Shown: positions 37,017 through 47,725 of the stretch, piece by piece | Layout: every line of letters starts with the position of its first letter | How positions within the stretch are numbered: position 1 is the stretch's first letter | Assembly: GCA_963681965.1 (NCBI GenBank) | Contig: OY820579.1 | Location: 256,001-320,000, forward strand | DNA from: a bacterium | Lineage (GTDB): Bacteria; Electryoneota; JAOADG01 | Length of the DNA: 64,000 nt | Reading direction: 5' to 3' | Notes under the pieces: generated by a model | Databases searched by the model: none | Seen by the model: the letters and a program-made list of their open reading frames with translations, nothing else | Told to the model about the DNA's origin: nothing | Position numbers and translations under genes: made by a program

Positions 37017-38411
37017 TTACAACTTCACCGGCTCACCCGGTGCATTGACGTGTACATCGAGCGTGTTTCGGAGTTTCAATAGCTCAGTTTTGAAGATCTC
37101 CTGCTGACTCGCTTCGCCGTGGACCAGCATCACCTTGCGAAGATTGCCATCCATCTTATCGACATACGCCAGCAATTCATCCTGCCCGGCATGCCCGGAA
37201 TAGTTGTTCAGGATCTTCACCCGGGCATTTCGTTGCAGCACCTCACCAAATAGCGAGATCGTGGGTTCCCGGTCGGCTAGCTTGCGTCCAAGCGTATTGG
37301 CAGCCATATATCCGACAATCAGTATCGTCGTGTTGGGACTCTGGATCCGATTGCGGATATGATGAACGATGCGACCTCCTTCACACATTCCCGATCCAGC
37401 GAGGATCACGATCGGACCGCGGAGACTGTTCAGCGCCATCGAGTCTTCCATCCGGCGGGTGTAGGTGATGTCGTGTTCATCGAACGGATCGCCCTTCATC
37501 AGGAGCTTGCGAAATTCGTCATCGACCAGTTCCACATGTCGCTGAAAGACTTTGGTAACATTCATCGCCAGCGGTGAATCGACGAAGATCGGTAGTTTCG
37601 GAATTCGACCCGCAGCCCGCAATGCGGCAAACTCGAAGAGCATCTCCTGAGTTCGTTCCAGCGAAAATGCCGGGATCAGAAGTACCCCTTTGGTTTCGAT
37701 GAGACGGTCGATTTCCAGCGCTAGCTCTTCGCGACCATTTAGGATGGGATCGTGAAGGCGAGCGCCATAGGTTGTCTCCATGAGGAGATAATCCGGGGAT
37801 GGCGGTGTCGCAGGATCGTTCAGGATCGGGAGGTTATTCCGTCCAAGGTCTCCGGAAAAGACCAGTCGTTTTGGAAAATCAGTTGCACCCCATTCCAGAA
37901 CAATTTGTGCCGAACCTAAAATGTGCCCCGCTTCTATCAGTTTACAGCGTACACCCGGGACGGGTTCGAATACTTCGCCATACTCATGTACTTCGAAGCG
38001 CTCCATCACCGGTGCAATATCCTCCGGGGTATAGAGTGCGTTATGCTCCGGTTCACCGCGCCGACGGTGTTTCTTGTTGACAAATTCGATATCGCGGGCT
38101 TGCAGGTAAGCCGAATCGGATAGGATATAGTAAATCAACTCCATTGTCGCCGGGGTGCTATGGATCTTCCCGGTATACCCCTCGATGAGGAGGCGTGGTA
38201 AGGTTCCGCAATGGTCCAGATGGGCATGCGACATGACGACCGCATTCACTTTATCGGCAGGAAATCCGAAGTGACGGCTCTTATCGTAGCTTTCCCTGCG
38301 TTTTCCCTGAAACATTCCACAATCCAGAAGTACTTGTTTTCCTTCGTATTGGAAAATGTGCCGGGATCCAGTTACTTCCCCTGCAGCTCCGTAGGATGTG
38401 ATCGAGGGCAT
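37017..38411 (-). CDS. MBL-fold beta-CASP ribonuclease
   Basis: GAAGEVTGS, DCG, SHAHLDHCG, AGHILGSA, SGDLG, ETTYG, SGMCEGGR, SGHA, VHGE. Confidence 0.93.
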   Translation of the reverse strand: MPSITSYGAAGEVTGSRHIFQYEGKQVLLDCGMFQGKRRESYDKSRHFGFPADKVNAVVMSHAHLDHCGTLPRLLIEGYTGKIHSTPATMELIYYILSDSAYLQARDIEFVNKKHRRRGEPEHNALYTPEDIAPVMERFEVHEYGEVFEPVPGVRCKLIEAGHILGSAQIVLEWGATDFPKRLVFSGDLGRNNLPILNDPATPPSPDYLLMETTYGARLHDPILNGREELALEIDRLIETKGVLLIPAFSLERTQEMLFEFAALRAAGRIPKLPIFVDSPLAMNVTKVFQRHVELVDDEFRKLLMKGDPFDEHDITYTRRMEDSMALNSLRGPIVILAGSGMCEGGRIVHHIRNRIQSPNTTILIVGYMAANTLGRKLADREPTISLFGEVLQRNARVKILNNYSGHAGQDELLAYVDKMDGNLRKVMLVHGEASQQEIFKTELLKLRNTLDVHVNAPGEPVKL

Positions 38412-38545
38412 AAGTTACCTCTTTCCGCTGAGTTGATCATGAATAATATGTAATTTCCGGAACATATCTTCGTAGTAAATGGAAACGACTTGACTCGGGT
38501 TCCGGAATCGAATATTTTATTTCTAACTATGATACTGCGTGCGAC

Positions 38546-38944
38546 ATGATGAAAACACTATCTCTTCTTCTCGGCTGCGCTTTTGCGCTCACGGTGTTTG
38601 CCGGATCGATCTCCGATCTCACCGTAACGGCAAGTGAATCCCGGATAGTTGTACGCTGGCAATCCTCCGACGAGGGTGGTCTAAGTCGTTTCGTCTTGCA
38701 ACGAAGCGTCGACCGGAGCGACTTCTCGGATATCAGCACGATTACCCCACGGGGTACTCAAACAGCCTATCAGTTTATCGACACCGACTTATACAATGTC
38801 GATAAGACACCGCGCAATTTTAGCTATCGATTGAAATTCGTCAATCGCGATGGTACAACTAGCTATTCGATAACGCGCGATGTCACAATTCAAATTTCCT
38901 CGATCCGCCGAACTTGGGGCAGTATTAAAGCCATGTTCCGCTAA
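38546..38944 (+). CDS. small secreted Fn3-like protein with C-terminal TWGxIK motif
   Basis: Signal peptide; V.W.S..E.....F.LQRS...Y.F.D...YRLK....DG..SYS; ends RRTWGSIKAMFR. Confidence 0.75.
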   Translation: MMKTLSLLLGCAFALTVFAGSISDLTVTASESRIVVRWQSSDEGGLSRFVLQRSVDRSDFSDISTITPRGTQTAYQFIDTDLYNVDKTPRNFSYRLKFVNRDGTTSYSITRDVTIQISSIRRTWGSIKAMFR

Positions 38945-38962
38945 TTTTGACAGAACTTGATT

Positions 38963-38988
38963 AAAGGCGCCTCGGGCGCCTTTTTTTT
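38963..38988. terminator. bidirectional terminator
   Basis: AAAGGCGCC-TCG-GGCGCCTTTTTTT. Confidence 0.85.
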
Positions 38989-39583
38989 ATGCCGGAACGA
39001 TTGACTTCCAACCATCCAACACTAACTGTCGCAACTGCTCCAAATCGCCGTTATTCGTTAACACTCGTGAAGCGAGCGGGATTTTAACGGATTCTGCCCA
39101 CTGTGCTGCACGTCTGCGAGAAATCTGATCGTCCGTCAATCCTTTTTCCTGCAGTCGTTTTCGAACGATTTCGGGATCGGCAACCACTAACCAGACTTGC
39201 TGAAAATCGGTTTGTCGTCCATACTCAAAGATCAAAGCACCATCGAGGACAACTACCGGATGCGTCTCGGAAAATGCGCGCATCTTTGCCCGGGTTCGCG
39301 CTACCAGTCGCGGACTGACGATCGCATTGAAGTCCGATACGGCGATCGGGTCACCGAAGAGTCGACCGGCGAGCACGGCACGATCAAGTAATCCATCGGA
39401 TCGGAACAATCCTTCACCAAACCGGTCGGTAAGTGCCGCTCGATATTCGTAATCCTCAACCGCCATTTGGTGTGCTTCGAGATCGGCATCGACGATTGCG
39501 GCACCCAGTTCTACCAGCATCGCAGTAACCGTACTTTTTCCGGAACCGATATTTCCAGTAACACCAAGCCAGACAGCACTCAT
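38987..39583 (-). CDS. coaE: dephospho-CoA kinase
   Basis: GVTGNIGSGKSTV, DAD, LDR..LA, R..AQ, NNG. Confidence 0.93.
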   Translation of the reverse strand: MSAVWLGVTGNIGSGKSTVTAMLVELGAAIVDADLEAHQMAVEDYEYRAALTDRFGEGLFRSDGLLDRAVLAGRLFGDPIAVSDFNAIVSPRLVARTRAKMRAFSETHPVVVLDGALIFEYGRQTDFQQVWLVVADPEIVRKRLQEKGLTDDQISRRRAAQWAESVKIPLASRVLTNNGDLEQLRQLVLDGWKSIVPA

Positions 39584-42500
39584 CTCAGGATTGCCACCTT
39601 TCCCTTTTGAATCGAGCCATTTTTTTCGGCAACGACAAAATAGATTCCAGATGCGACTTCCGCACCCTGCTCATTTGTTCCATCCCAAATCACACTTCCC
39701 GACGCCCCTTCGCTAATAAGTCGTTTCACCGAGAATCCGGAAGTGGAATAAATCATCACTTTTGCATCCTGCGGTAAGCCTGCAATAACGATACGTTCAT
39801 TTCGATCAAGACGTGCCGGATTGGGATAAATAAACAACGATTCCAGCGTCGTCGGTTGAGTCGAAATTGAGATACTATTGTAGTTACTGTTCAAGAATTG
39901 ACCGTTACGTGATCGAATTGTCGAAAGCGCCGTCACATCGTACAAAATGCCAATTCGTCCGATCGGTGTCGCTGCCGCTGGTATCAATCTGACGGTTACG
40001 GAATCGACTTGCTCTACGCGAGCAATAATCACATTCCACTTAGTCAGAGTATCGCGGGTCTGTTCGCGATTGGCAACAATCCGGAACGCAGCAGAGGTTA
40101 TCGTTGTATCGACATACGGGAGCGAAAAGGTAACGACAATACAACCATTTTGAATCATCGCAGAATTCATAAAGAATTGCTTGGGTGGCGCCGGGGGAAA
40201 GTAGAGTTGTACCGAATCGACACCTGCCAGCGGTGACATATCGCGATCGTAGATGTTTTCCAATTTAAGAGTATATGTACCAGTAGGAGGTTTCGGATCG
40301 AACCGAAGCAACAATTCGACACCTTCGCGACTGGAAATTACACTTACGGGATAAGTCGACGGTTTCAATCGGAAGCGGTTGGGGATCAATGCATCGTCAT
40401 GAATCGAGCGACTGAATACCAATCGAACGCGATCGGGATCGGAATAATTCGCCGAAATCAAGTGCGGCGGAATATGTGCTAATGCCGGTGCATCGCTGGA
40501 AAATACCCCAAGCGGTTGAGCAAACGTTGAACTATAAGCCGCGACCCGATACTTGAACGGTTCGGTCGATTCGTAGACGTTGGTATCGAGATAGGTTGTT
40601 CCGACCAACGATGGAATTGTGTCGACCGGATCGTCACCGTGCGTTTTAATCAACCAATACGATTGTGCATTGCTTACCGCATTCCACGAAACCGAGATGC
40701 GATTAGTATCGAGCGGTTGGGCAATTAATCCCGATGGCGTTAACGGTTGCGATGTGGTCGATCCGGTATATTCAAGAAAGCGAAATTGCGTGCCATCATT
40801 GTAGACCAGCTCGGGACGGTGGTTATTGTTGACATCGAACAGCGCGACCGTGTTCGATCGAGCATTCATCGCTTGATATACAATGCGCCAGTGGCGGGTC
40901 GAATCAACTTTCATGACGAGTAAGTACGGCGAAGCGCTGATAAATATTTCCTTCTTGCCATCGCCGTCAAGATCTCCCATCTCGACACCGGAGTTGAATC
41001 GACTGGGGTTTAACGCACCATCGATTGTCAGTGAATCCAATCGCGCCATGCGACTTGGTTCGGTGCCCGAAGACGACATCCAGCGGTAAAGGTAAAAGAC
41101 CCATTTTCGGAATGGAAAATCGCGCTCCGTTTGAACTTTGGTAGCGGTTTCGTATCCTCCTACGAATTCATCAGTACCATCGCCATCGACATCACCAACG
41201 GCAAAATAGTCGGTCGCATTTCCATCACCGAGCGAATCCCATTTGAATGTAATCCAATGCGTATCTTGTCGTCGAGTTAGCATGAGATCGCCATCGGCAT
41301 CGCCCCAGACTCCGACGCAACTGTTGCTGCCGAGAATCTTTCCAACTCGAAAGCGCGGACGTCCAACAATATTTATTCCCCTCGACGGATTTACGATAGT
41401 AGCCGTGGTTTCAGCCGAGAAAGTGTTATTGACACGTCGCCAGACTGACCAAACTTCGTAACGGCTTTGGGCATACTTTCGATCGTTACGGATGATAAAA
41501 TTCCCGGTCGCTTCATCGTTGGGATCGAAAACAAAGAGACCGGCACCATAGGCTCCATTGGCTTCAATGGGAACCAGCAACGAATCGGGTCGAGGATAAT
41601 CGTTCCGAGCCGCAACATGAATTCCCGTAGTACCACCGGCGAACAACATCAGTTCCGGAATCGAATCGCGATTCACATCGAGCGCATTTTGCGGAATCGC
41701 TGTACCATAATATCGTACCCGCACGAAAGTCGAGTCGTATAATTTCATCAACCACAAAGAATCGAAGGTATTCATCTCCGAATAGATATTCAGCAATACT
41801 TCAGGTCTGCCATCACCCCGCCAATTCATCTGCTGTGGCATTAGATAGCCATTAGGCAGGTGGATATTCGGCAATTCTACCAACGGCAACGATGGATTGG
41901 ATACTGGCAACGAAGGTATCGTAAACGGTGACGAAATCGATTGGATACCGCTATTGTTGATCGCAATGATACGCGCGACATCCCCGGCAACCAGATTATC
42001 GCTAGTCGTGAATGTCAAGGCATTTTTCGTATCGATGTACGGGAACGGTCGCGAAACCGTCACTCCGTTTCGAGTCCATTGAAATGTACACCGCGTTTGA
42101 TCGTCGGTAGCGACCTCGACTCGCCATCCCCACCTGCCATTTACCAATGCAGGAGTGATCATCTTGCGTTTGATGACCGGTGCGGTAGCGTCGTGTCGAA
42201 TTATCACCCGCGATTCGTAGGGGTTTCCATCGCCAACTTCAACCACCAGTCGAATAGTAATGATTGAATCGGAAGCAGCGATGCGTATCGTGTCGAGTAC
42301 TTCCTGTACTTTTTGCCGCACTGAGGCGACACGAACAGCCACCCACCGACTAGGATCGCTACCCACGCCGTAATACAACGACCATGATAACAATCTCGGT
42401 CCGGAAACAGTACCCACCACCGGACAGATTGTATCGGCAATCGAAGCGCCATCAAGTGGCGACAAGATTCTTACTTCCGCCTGTCGAGGGGTACGTAATG

Positions 42501-43821
42501 CGCGATCGGCATTCAGCGTACCGTGACCATACTCCAAATCCCAGCCGTTTCCAGCCGGTGGAGGATCGGCGGAAACACAAAGAATGTTTTGAATTTCCGA
42601 TGGATTTAGAGTACTGTCGCGCGATAGCAACAAAGCCGCTGCCGCCGAAACAAACGGCGCCGCTAAACTTGTACCACTGGCGTAGGTCCACTGTAAATTT
42701 CGCGAGGCAGTTAGAATACTATCACCCGGGGCTATTAGGTCGAGGGCGCTGTTGTATGTGGAAAAGCTCGCGCGGTAGCCATCTCTCGTACTCGCACCAA
42801 CTGAGATGACTGTCTCGTATCCTGCAGGATAATTGATTCGATTGTCCGAGGAGTTGCCGGCAGAGGCAACCAGTACCACATTTTTCGATCGTGCATACTC
42901 GATCGCATCACGAAGCAATGGAGCAACGACTTCGTCGCCGAAGGACATATTGACGATATCGGCTCCGTTATCGGCAGCATAGATCAGTGCTGAAGCAACG
43001 TCGTCCTCGGATAGAAATCCATTGGCATCGCCGGCACGAAGCGTCATCAAACTAGCGTTCGGCGCGAGCCCAATCACACCGACTTGGTTTGCTGCTGCGA
43101 CAGCGACACCGGAAATCAAAGTTCCGTGTCCATACACGTCGGCGAGGTTATTGTTGTTGTCGACAAAATTCCAACCGTGCGCATCATCGACGTAACCATT
43201 ACTATCGTCATCGACTTGATTGGAATCGCGCAAGGCACCGGCTTCACCAGGATTATTCCAAAGTATCGGAGCTAGATCGGGGTGGAATATATCGCAACCG
43301 GTATCGATAACACCAACGACAACCGATGGGACTCCGCTCGTTACTTCCCACGCTTGGAATGCGCGAACTGCAGCAAGACCCCATTGATCGGAGGTCAATG
43401 AATCCGGATCAGGCACATGATGCACGACAAAGTGCCGCATCCGGTAAGCATTTTCAACCGCAACGAGTGTCCGTAATTCGGCAACGACACTGGCTTCGGC
43501 ACCATTGGTTGTAATTATTTTTCGCCATTTTGACAGCGGAATCGCATCTTCCGATGCGTGGTGGCGGGTGATTGCCGATGAAATATTCGAAACACCGGAA
43601 ATCGATGCGATCCGATTGATTGTAGCAGACGATTCATCGGTGAGTTTTACTAATACAACGCCCGGTACCTCGCGTGTAGTAGTCGGCAAAGCTAGCGTGT
43701 TAAATGAAGCGAATACATTGCCTACAAAAAGCAACCAGAATACCGATATGAACGCAGCAAGTTGTCTTAACAAAGGAAAAGATCGCTGGCGCATCCGATC
43801 AGAATTGAAAGAATTGATCAC
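39580..43821 (-). CDS. secreted S8 subtilisin-like protease with FG-GAP/VCBS repeats, Fn3/Ig domains and T9SS-type CTD
   Basis: Triad VIDTG, HGT, GTSLAAP; GDVDGDG and GDLDGDG repeats; IYPNP...WDG.NE.G..VASGIY...KVAILR. Confidence 0.9.
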   Translation of the reverse strand: MINSFNSDRMRQRSFPLLRQLAAFISVFWLLFVGNVFASFNTLALPTTTREVPGVVLVKLTDESSATINRIASISGVSNISSAITRHHASEDAIPLSKWRKIITTNGAEASVVAELRTLVAVENAYRMRHFVVHHVPDPDSLTSDQWGLAAVRAFQAWEVTSGVPSVVVGVIDTGCDIFHPDLAPILWNNPGEAGALRDSNQVDDDSNGYVDDAHGWNFVDNNNNLADVYGHGTLISGVAVAAANQVGVIGLAPNASLMTLRAGDANGFLSEDDVASALIYAADNGADIVNMSFGDEVVAPLLRDAIEYARSKNVVLVASAGNSSDNRINYPAGYETVISVGASTRDGYRASFSTYNSALDLIAPGDSILTASRNLQWTYASGTSLAAPFVSAAAALLLSRDSTLNPSEIQNILCVSADPPPAGNGWDLEYGHGTLNADRALRTPRQAEVRILSPLDGASIADTICPVVGTVSGPRLLSWSLYYGVGSDPSRWVAVRVASVRQKVQEVLDTIRIAASDSIITIRLVVEVGDGNPYESRVIIRHDATAPVIKRKMITPALVNGRWGWRVEVATDDQTRCTFQWTRNGVTVSRPFPYIDTKNALTFTTSDNLVAGDVARIIAINNSGIQSISSPFTIPSLPVSNPSLPLVELPNIHLPNGYLMPQQMNWRGDGRPEVLLNIYSEMNTFDSLWLMKLYDSTFVRVRYYGTAIPQNALDVNRDSIPELMLFAGGTTGIHVAARNDYPRPDSLLVPIEANGAYGAGLFVFDPNDEATGNFIIRNDRKYAQSRYEVWSVWRRVNNTFSAETTATIVNPSRGINIVGRPRFRVGKILGSNSCVGVWGDADGDLMLTRRQDTHWITFKWDSLGDGNATDYFAVGDVDGDGTDEFVGGYETATKVQTERDFPFRKWVFYLYRWMSSSGTEPSRMARLDSLTIDGALNPSRFNSGVEMGDLDGDGKKEIFISASPYLLVMKVDSTRHWRIVYQAMNARSNTVALFDVNNNHRPELVYNDGTQFRFLEYTGSTTSQPLTPSGLIAQPLDTNRISVSWNAVSNAQSYWLIKTHGDDPVDTIPSLVGTTYLDTNVYESTEPFKYRVAAYSSTFAQPLGVFSSDAPALAHIPPHLISANYSDPDRVRLVFSRSIHDDALIPNRFRLKPSTYPVSVISSREGVELLLRFDPKPPTGTYTLKLENIYDRDMSPLAGVDSVQLYFPPAPPKQFFMNSAMIQNGCIVVTFSLPYVDTTITSAAFRIVANREQTRDTLTKWNVIIARVEQVDSVTVRLIPAAATPIGRIGILYDVTALSTIRSRNGQFLNSNYNSISISTQPTTLESLFIYPNPARLDRNERIVIAGLPQDAKVMIYSTSGFSVKRLISEGASGSVIWDGTNEQGAEVASGIYFVVAEKNGSIQKGKVAILR

Positions 43822-43828
43822 GCAATCC

Positions 43829-44896
43829 TCATACGATCAAGAGATTCTTAGGAGCTTTGTTCAACGATTTAGCACCGCTCGGTGTGAGTAACACATCGTC
43901 TTCAATTCGCACACCACCGAACTTATCGATGTAGATCCCCGGTTCGATCGTAAAGATCATATTTTCTTTCAAGATATTCGGATCGGCGGCACTTACCCGC
44001 GGCCAACTATGAACATCAATTCCGAGACCATGACCGAGACCGTGACCGAAGCGGTCGCCATATCCTGCTGCTTTGATGATATCGCGTGCCACCGCGTCAA
44101 GTTCAGCGGTTTTCATTCCGATCTTTGCCGCTTTGATGGCGGCGACCTGTGCTTTAAGAACGATATCGTAAATTTCCCGTTGCTTGGCATTGACTTTTCC
44201 GACAGCAATCGTGCGCGTCAGATCGGAGGCATAACCCTGATAGTAACATCCGAAATCCAGTGTCACGAATTCGCCACTCTTAATTTTTTTCTCGCTCGCC
44301 CGACCATGCGGCAACGCGCCTCGCCAACCGCTGGCTACAATCGGTTCGAAACTGTCGCCGTCGGCACCTAATTTTCGATGGAGATAAGTGATCTCGGCAC
44401 CAATATCGAGTTCGCGAACGCCGGGTTTGATCAACGGTAGTACTTTTTCGAACACTTGATCGGTAATCGCGGCAGCTTTCTTGTGCAACTTGATTTCATT
44501 GGCATCTTTGATCGCGCAGACCGGTTCAACAACATTCGCACTTGCGATCAATTCACTATTAGACCAGACACGTTTTAACGCTTCTACCTGCTCCAACGTG
44601 AAGGCTGCCGCTTCAACAAGTATTTTCGCTGCCGGTTTTAATGCAATATTCGTTTCCAGTTCGTGACTGAAGGATCGTTTGTAAACGACGACTTCGGCGC
44701 CATCTATTTGCTGAGCCGCTTGCGATTCGTATCGGAAATCGGTGAAGAAGTACGCTTTTTTCGGATAGATCAAGAGAATTCCGGCAGATCCGGTAAAACC
44801 GCAGAGGTAGCGTACATTCGCGAGCTTGGTGACGATCATCGCATTGGCTTTACGCTTGACAATTTCTTTCTGAATCTGTTCAATCCGCGTCTTCAT
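43829..44896 (-). CDS. Xaa-Pro aminopeptidase/dipeptidase (M24B)
   Basis: NVRYLCGFTGS, TDFRY, PHG, DFG, SDLTRT, HGLGHGLG.DVH, EPGIY, GVRIEDD. Confidence 0.95.
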   Translation of the reverse strand: MKTRIEQIQKEIVKRKANAMIVTKLANVRYLCGFTGSAGILLIYPKKAYFFTDFRYESQAAQQIDGAEVVVYKRSFSHELETNIALKPAAKILVEAAAFTLEQVEALKRVWSNSELIASANVVEPVCAIKDANEIKLHKKAAAITDQVFEKVLPLIKPGVRELDIGAEITYLHRKLGADGDSFEPIVASGWRGALPHGRASEKKIKSGEFVTLDFGCYYQGYASDLTRTIAVGKVNAKQREIYDIVLKAQVAAIKAAKIGMKTAELDAVARDIIKAAGYGDRFGHGLGHGLGIDVHSWPRVSAADPNILKENMIFTIEPGIYIDKFGGVRIEDDVLLTPSGAKSLNKAPKNLLIV

Positions 44897-46244
44897 TGGT
44901 TCTCCGAGTAGTGGGTTGCGATAACGCAAGCTGTTCCAATTGTGCCAAACGGGTTTTGAAATCAAACCGGTCGGGTTGTTGTTTGATCAATTCTCGATAT
45001 ACTTCGGCAGCACGCTGAAATTCCGTTTGCTGAGCATAGAGTTCAGCGATGGTCTTCGAAATGAGTGGTCGCGGTTTCTTACGGGGTTTCGGTGGTTCTG
45101 CCTGTTCCGTTTCGTGTGGCATTTCTTCGAGTAGCCCCGGCTCCATTGATACTGGAGTTTGCGACATCGCTTGAATTTGCAATTCGACAATCGCAGCGAT
45201 GGTCGGATCGGTTTCTTCGATCCGCGGTTGTTCAATGGTCGTTGAAGAAAAAGCAGTCGTCGGAACTTCTTCGGCGACTTCTACTGGATGAGGAATATCG
45301 ACAGCGGTTTCTTCCGCTAATGGTGTTTCTTCGGGTGGCAATTCGACAGCCGCTACGACTTCATCTGGCGCAAGTGGCTGTTCCCAAATTGGGTTCTCGA
45401 CGGCGATCGGCGCCTGCTGTTCTTCTGCAACCGCAGTTTCACCTTCTACTGCTGGATTCTCAGTCTGAACATTTGTATCGCTCGTTAGCGGTACAGAAGT
45501 TGTGAGTAATTGTGCATAGGGATCGGGTGGTGGTAGCGCCGGGATTGGTAATTTCTCGATTGAAGGTTGTGGAAAAGCGATTTCGGCGATGGACATTTGC
45601 GGCTTAATCGGTTCCGGAGCAGGTTTCTTCAGTGGTTCGGGTTTGGGCTGCGGACGTGTTACTTCATTCATACGAAGATTAGAAATCGCCTCGAGCGATT
45701 TCAACGATTCAACTGCCTCATTAAGCCGTTGTTCAATCTGATCGCCAGATAGCAGCGATGCTGCCGCCGAGTATAAAAACAACCCGTCGTCAAGCTTGTT
45801 CACAAAGAAATCTAAATTTTCCGATACTGTCTGCTGTAATCCCTCTGTAACGGCAGTGACCAATTTTCGTTCGACTGTCGTATCGAAAGGATCCAACTGA
45901 TACAGTTCCGCCCAAAGTCGTAAAGCGCCTTCTTTTTCACCTTGACGCTCATACAGTTCGGCTAGCATCGCCGCACCGTATCGATCGAAACCGACTTTTT
46001 CCAGCATTGTGGTTACGTGAATTACTGCGTCGCGAATATTCCCGGTTTCCGCTAACGCATGAGCCAGCATCCATTGCCCGGGCATATACTCGGGATGGGT
46101 GTTCACGCCACGGACAGCGGTTTTCAGCGCCGCTTTCGGTTCATTCGCATAGAGAAAATCTTCCGCTACGCGCGCGAACATCCGGGGATATGATTTGCTC
46201 ATCTCCCGACGACGCTTGATTAATTTTTTTTCGATGCTATTCAC
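44880..46244 (-). CDS. TPR protein with long Pro/Glu-rich linker
   Basis: N-terminal TPR-like helices, acidic/Pro-rich centre, C-terminal SKTIAELY..Q....A..VY..L. Confidence 0.75.
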   Translation of the reverse strand: MNSIEKKLIKRRREMSKSYPRMFARVAEDFLYANEPKAALKTAVRGVNTHPEYMPGQWMLAHALAETGNIRDAVIHVTTMLEKVGFDRYGAAMLAELYERQGEKEGALRLWAELYQLDPFDTTVERKLVTAVTEGLQQTVSENLDFFVNKLDDGLFLYSAAASLLSGDQIEQRLNEAVESLKSLEAISNLRMNEVTRPQPKPEPLKKPAPEPIKPQMSIAEIAFPQPSIEKLPIPALPPPDPYAQLLTTSVPLTSDTNVQTENPAVEGETAVAEEQQAPIAVENPIWEQPLAPDEVVAAVELPPEETPLAEETAVDIPHPVEVAEEVPTTAFSSTTIEQPRIEETDPTIAAIVELQIQAMSQTPVSMEPGLLEEMPHETEQAEPPKPRKKPRPLISKTIAELYAQQTEFQRAAEVYRELIKQQPDRFDFKTRLAQLEQLALSQPTTRRTNEDAD

Positions 46245-47658
46245 ATTGTTCCTGTAACCGTTGCATCCGAAGCGCTGCGACGATCCAATCGCCTCGAGCG
46301 GTAAGCCATTGCTGCTCGGACGATAACCGATCCTGTTGCGCTTCCAACCATTCGCGCGAAGATACAGTACCCGCTTGAAATCGGCTTGCGGTCATGGATT
46401 CCCGTAACCTAGAAAGTTGCAACAGCTTTTCGGCACTTACAAGCCGTTCCCGGGCATCAGCCAATTTTCGAAAGGCGTCACGTACCGTTCGCTCGGCATC
46501 CCGCACTGCATCGCGGTATGACAGCTCTTGCTCCCGGAGGTTAAGTCGCACTTTTTCCAGCCGTAAAAGGTACTCATTACGATCCAATAACCCCAACGTG
46601 AGCGAAAGTGCCCCGCCTTTGGAAGCAGACAGTTTATCCAGTGCAGAGGGACGATCGGCATCGCGACCATCCCAATTTTGAAACAACGTCCCTTCAATTT
46701 GCAAGGGTAGTGGAAATAGGCTGCCATTTGAAGTTCGTTTCGCCTGCTCATATTCCAGCCGTGCAATCCTCGTTTCAGGCAGCTTCGCTGGATCGACTTT
46801 GAAGACGGCATTCGTATCGAATTGTGGCAACTTCGGATCAGTCGGTATTTCAATCTCGATATTCGGTGCTAATCCTAGACGGTCTAGGAACTTCTCACGA
46901 ACCGCTTCGAAATTTCGGGTCGCTGATGCCGCCGCCATCATTCGACCGAGTGCAGACACTTCGATTGTCAAATATTCCGTCTGAGGAATTAACCCGGCAT
47001 CGAATTTACGCTTTGCCAATGCCCGCGAAGAGTCTGCAATCGTCGCATCGTTGATTGTCAATTTCAATTGTCCATCGGTATTCATAAAACCGATATAATC
47101 GGATATCAGCGACAACTCGAATTCGCGCTCTTTTACTTTGCGTTGTTCTTCGATCTGAATTCGCTGTTGACCGGCATTCCGGTAAGATCGCCCGGTCGGA
47201 TCGCCCGACAACAATTTCCAGCGAAGATCGGTCTGATAGGAAACGCCATACTCGGAATTTTCCGATTCACCACCCACCGAATATTTACGCTTCCACTCGG
47301 TACCATTCGCATTTACTTGAAATCCGAGCGGCAGTTCCTGTGATACTGTCAATCCCAAGGATGTTCGACGATCGCGATCGCGCACCCATTGACTGAGATA
47401 AGTGGAATCGGTTGAATTGTAGAATAGCTGCTCACGTAACGATTCGGTTTGACTCGGATAAGTCGACGACGCTTCGATTTTAGGCCAATAACTGCGACGG
47501 TCAAGAGTCGAATTGATGATACCGATTCGGTAATCGCGTTCGATTCGTTGCTGTTCGGCACCGTGCTGGCGCGCCAATTGCTGTACCGTCGACCAATCGA
47601 GGGTGACACCGAATGCGACCGAGAGCGAGAATAACCAACTGAAAATTACTTTCAACAC
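46237..47658 (-). CDS. TolC-family outer membrane efflux protein
   Basis: Duplicated KFDAGLI / RFQAGTVS..E.L.AQ motifs; downstream of MacA/MacB-like genes. Confidence 0.85.
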   Translation of the reverse strand: MLKVIFSWLFSLSVAFGVTLDWSTVQQLARQHGAEQQRIERDYRIGIINSTLDRRSYWPKIEASSTYPSQTESLREQLFYNSTDSTYLSQWVRDRDRRTSLGLTVSQELPLGFQVNANGTEWKRKYSVGGESENSEYGVSYQTDLRWKLLSGDPTGRSYRNAGQQRIQIEEQRKVKEREFELSLISDYIGFMNTDGQLKLTINDATIADSSRALAKRKFDAGLIPQTEYLTIEVSALGRMMAAASATRNFEAVREKFLDRLGLAPNIEIEIPTDPKLPQFDTNAVFKVDPAKLPETRIARLEYEQAKRTSNGSLFPLPLQIEGTLFQNWDGRDADRPSALDKLSASKGGALSLTLGLLDRNEYLLRLEKVRLNLREQELSYRDAVRDAERTVRDAFRKLADARERLVSAEKLLQLSRLRESMTASRFQAGTVSSREWLEAQQDRLSSEQQWLTARGDWIVAALRMQRLQEQCE

Positions 47659-47725
47659 GAGTATGCTATGCTTTCAGTTTGAGATAGGAATTTGAGCAAC
47701 AATTTTTTTAATGCAAGAATGACTG

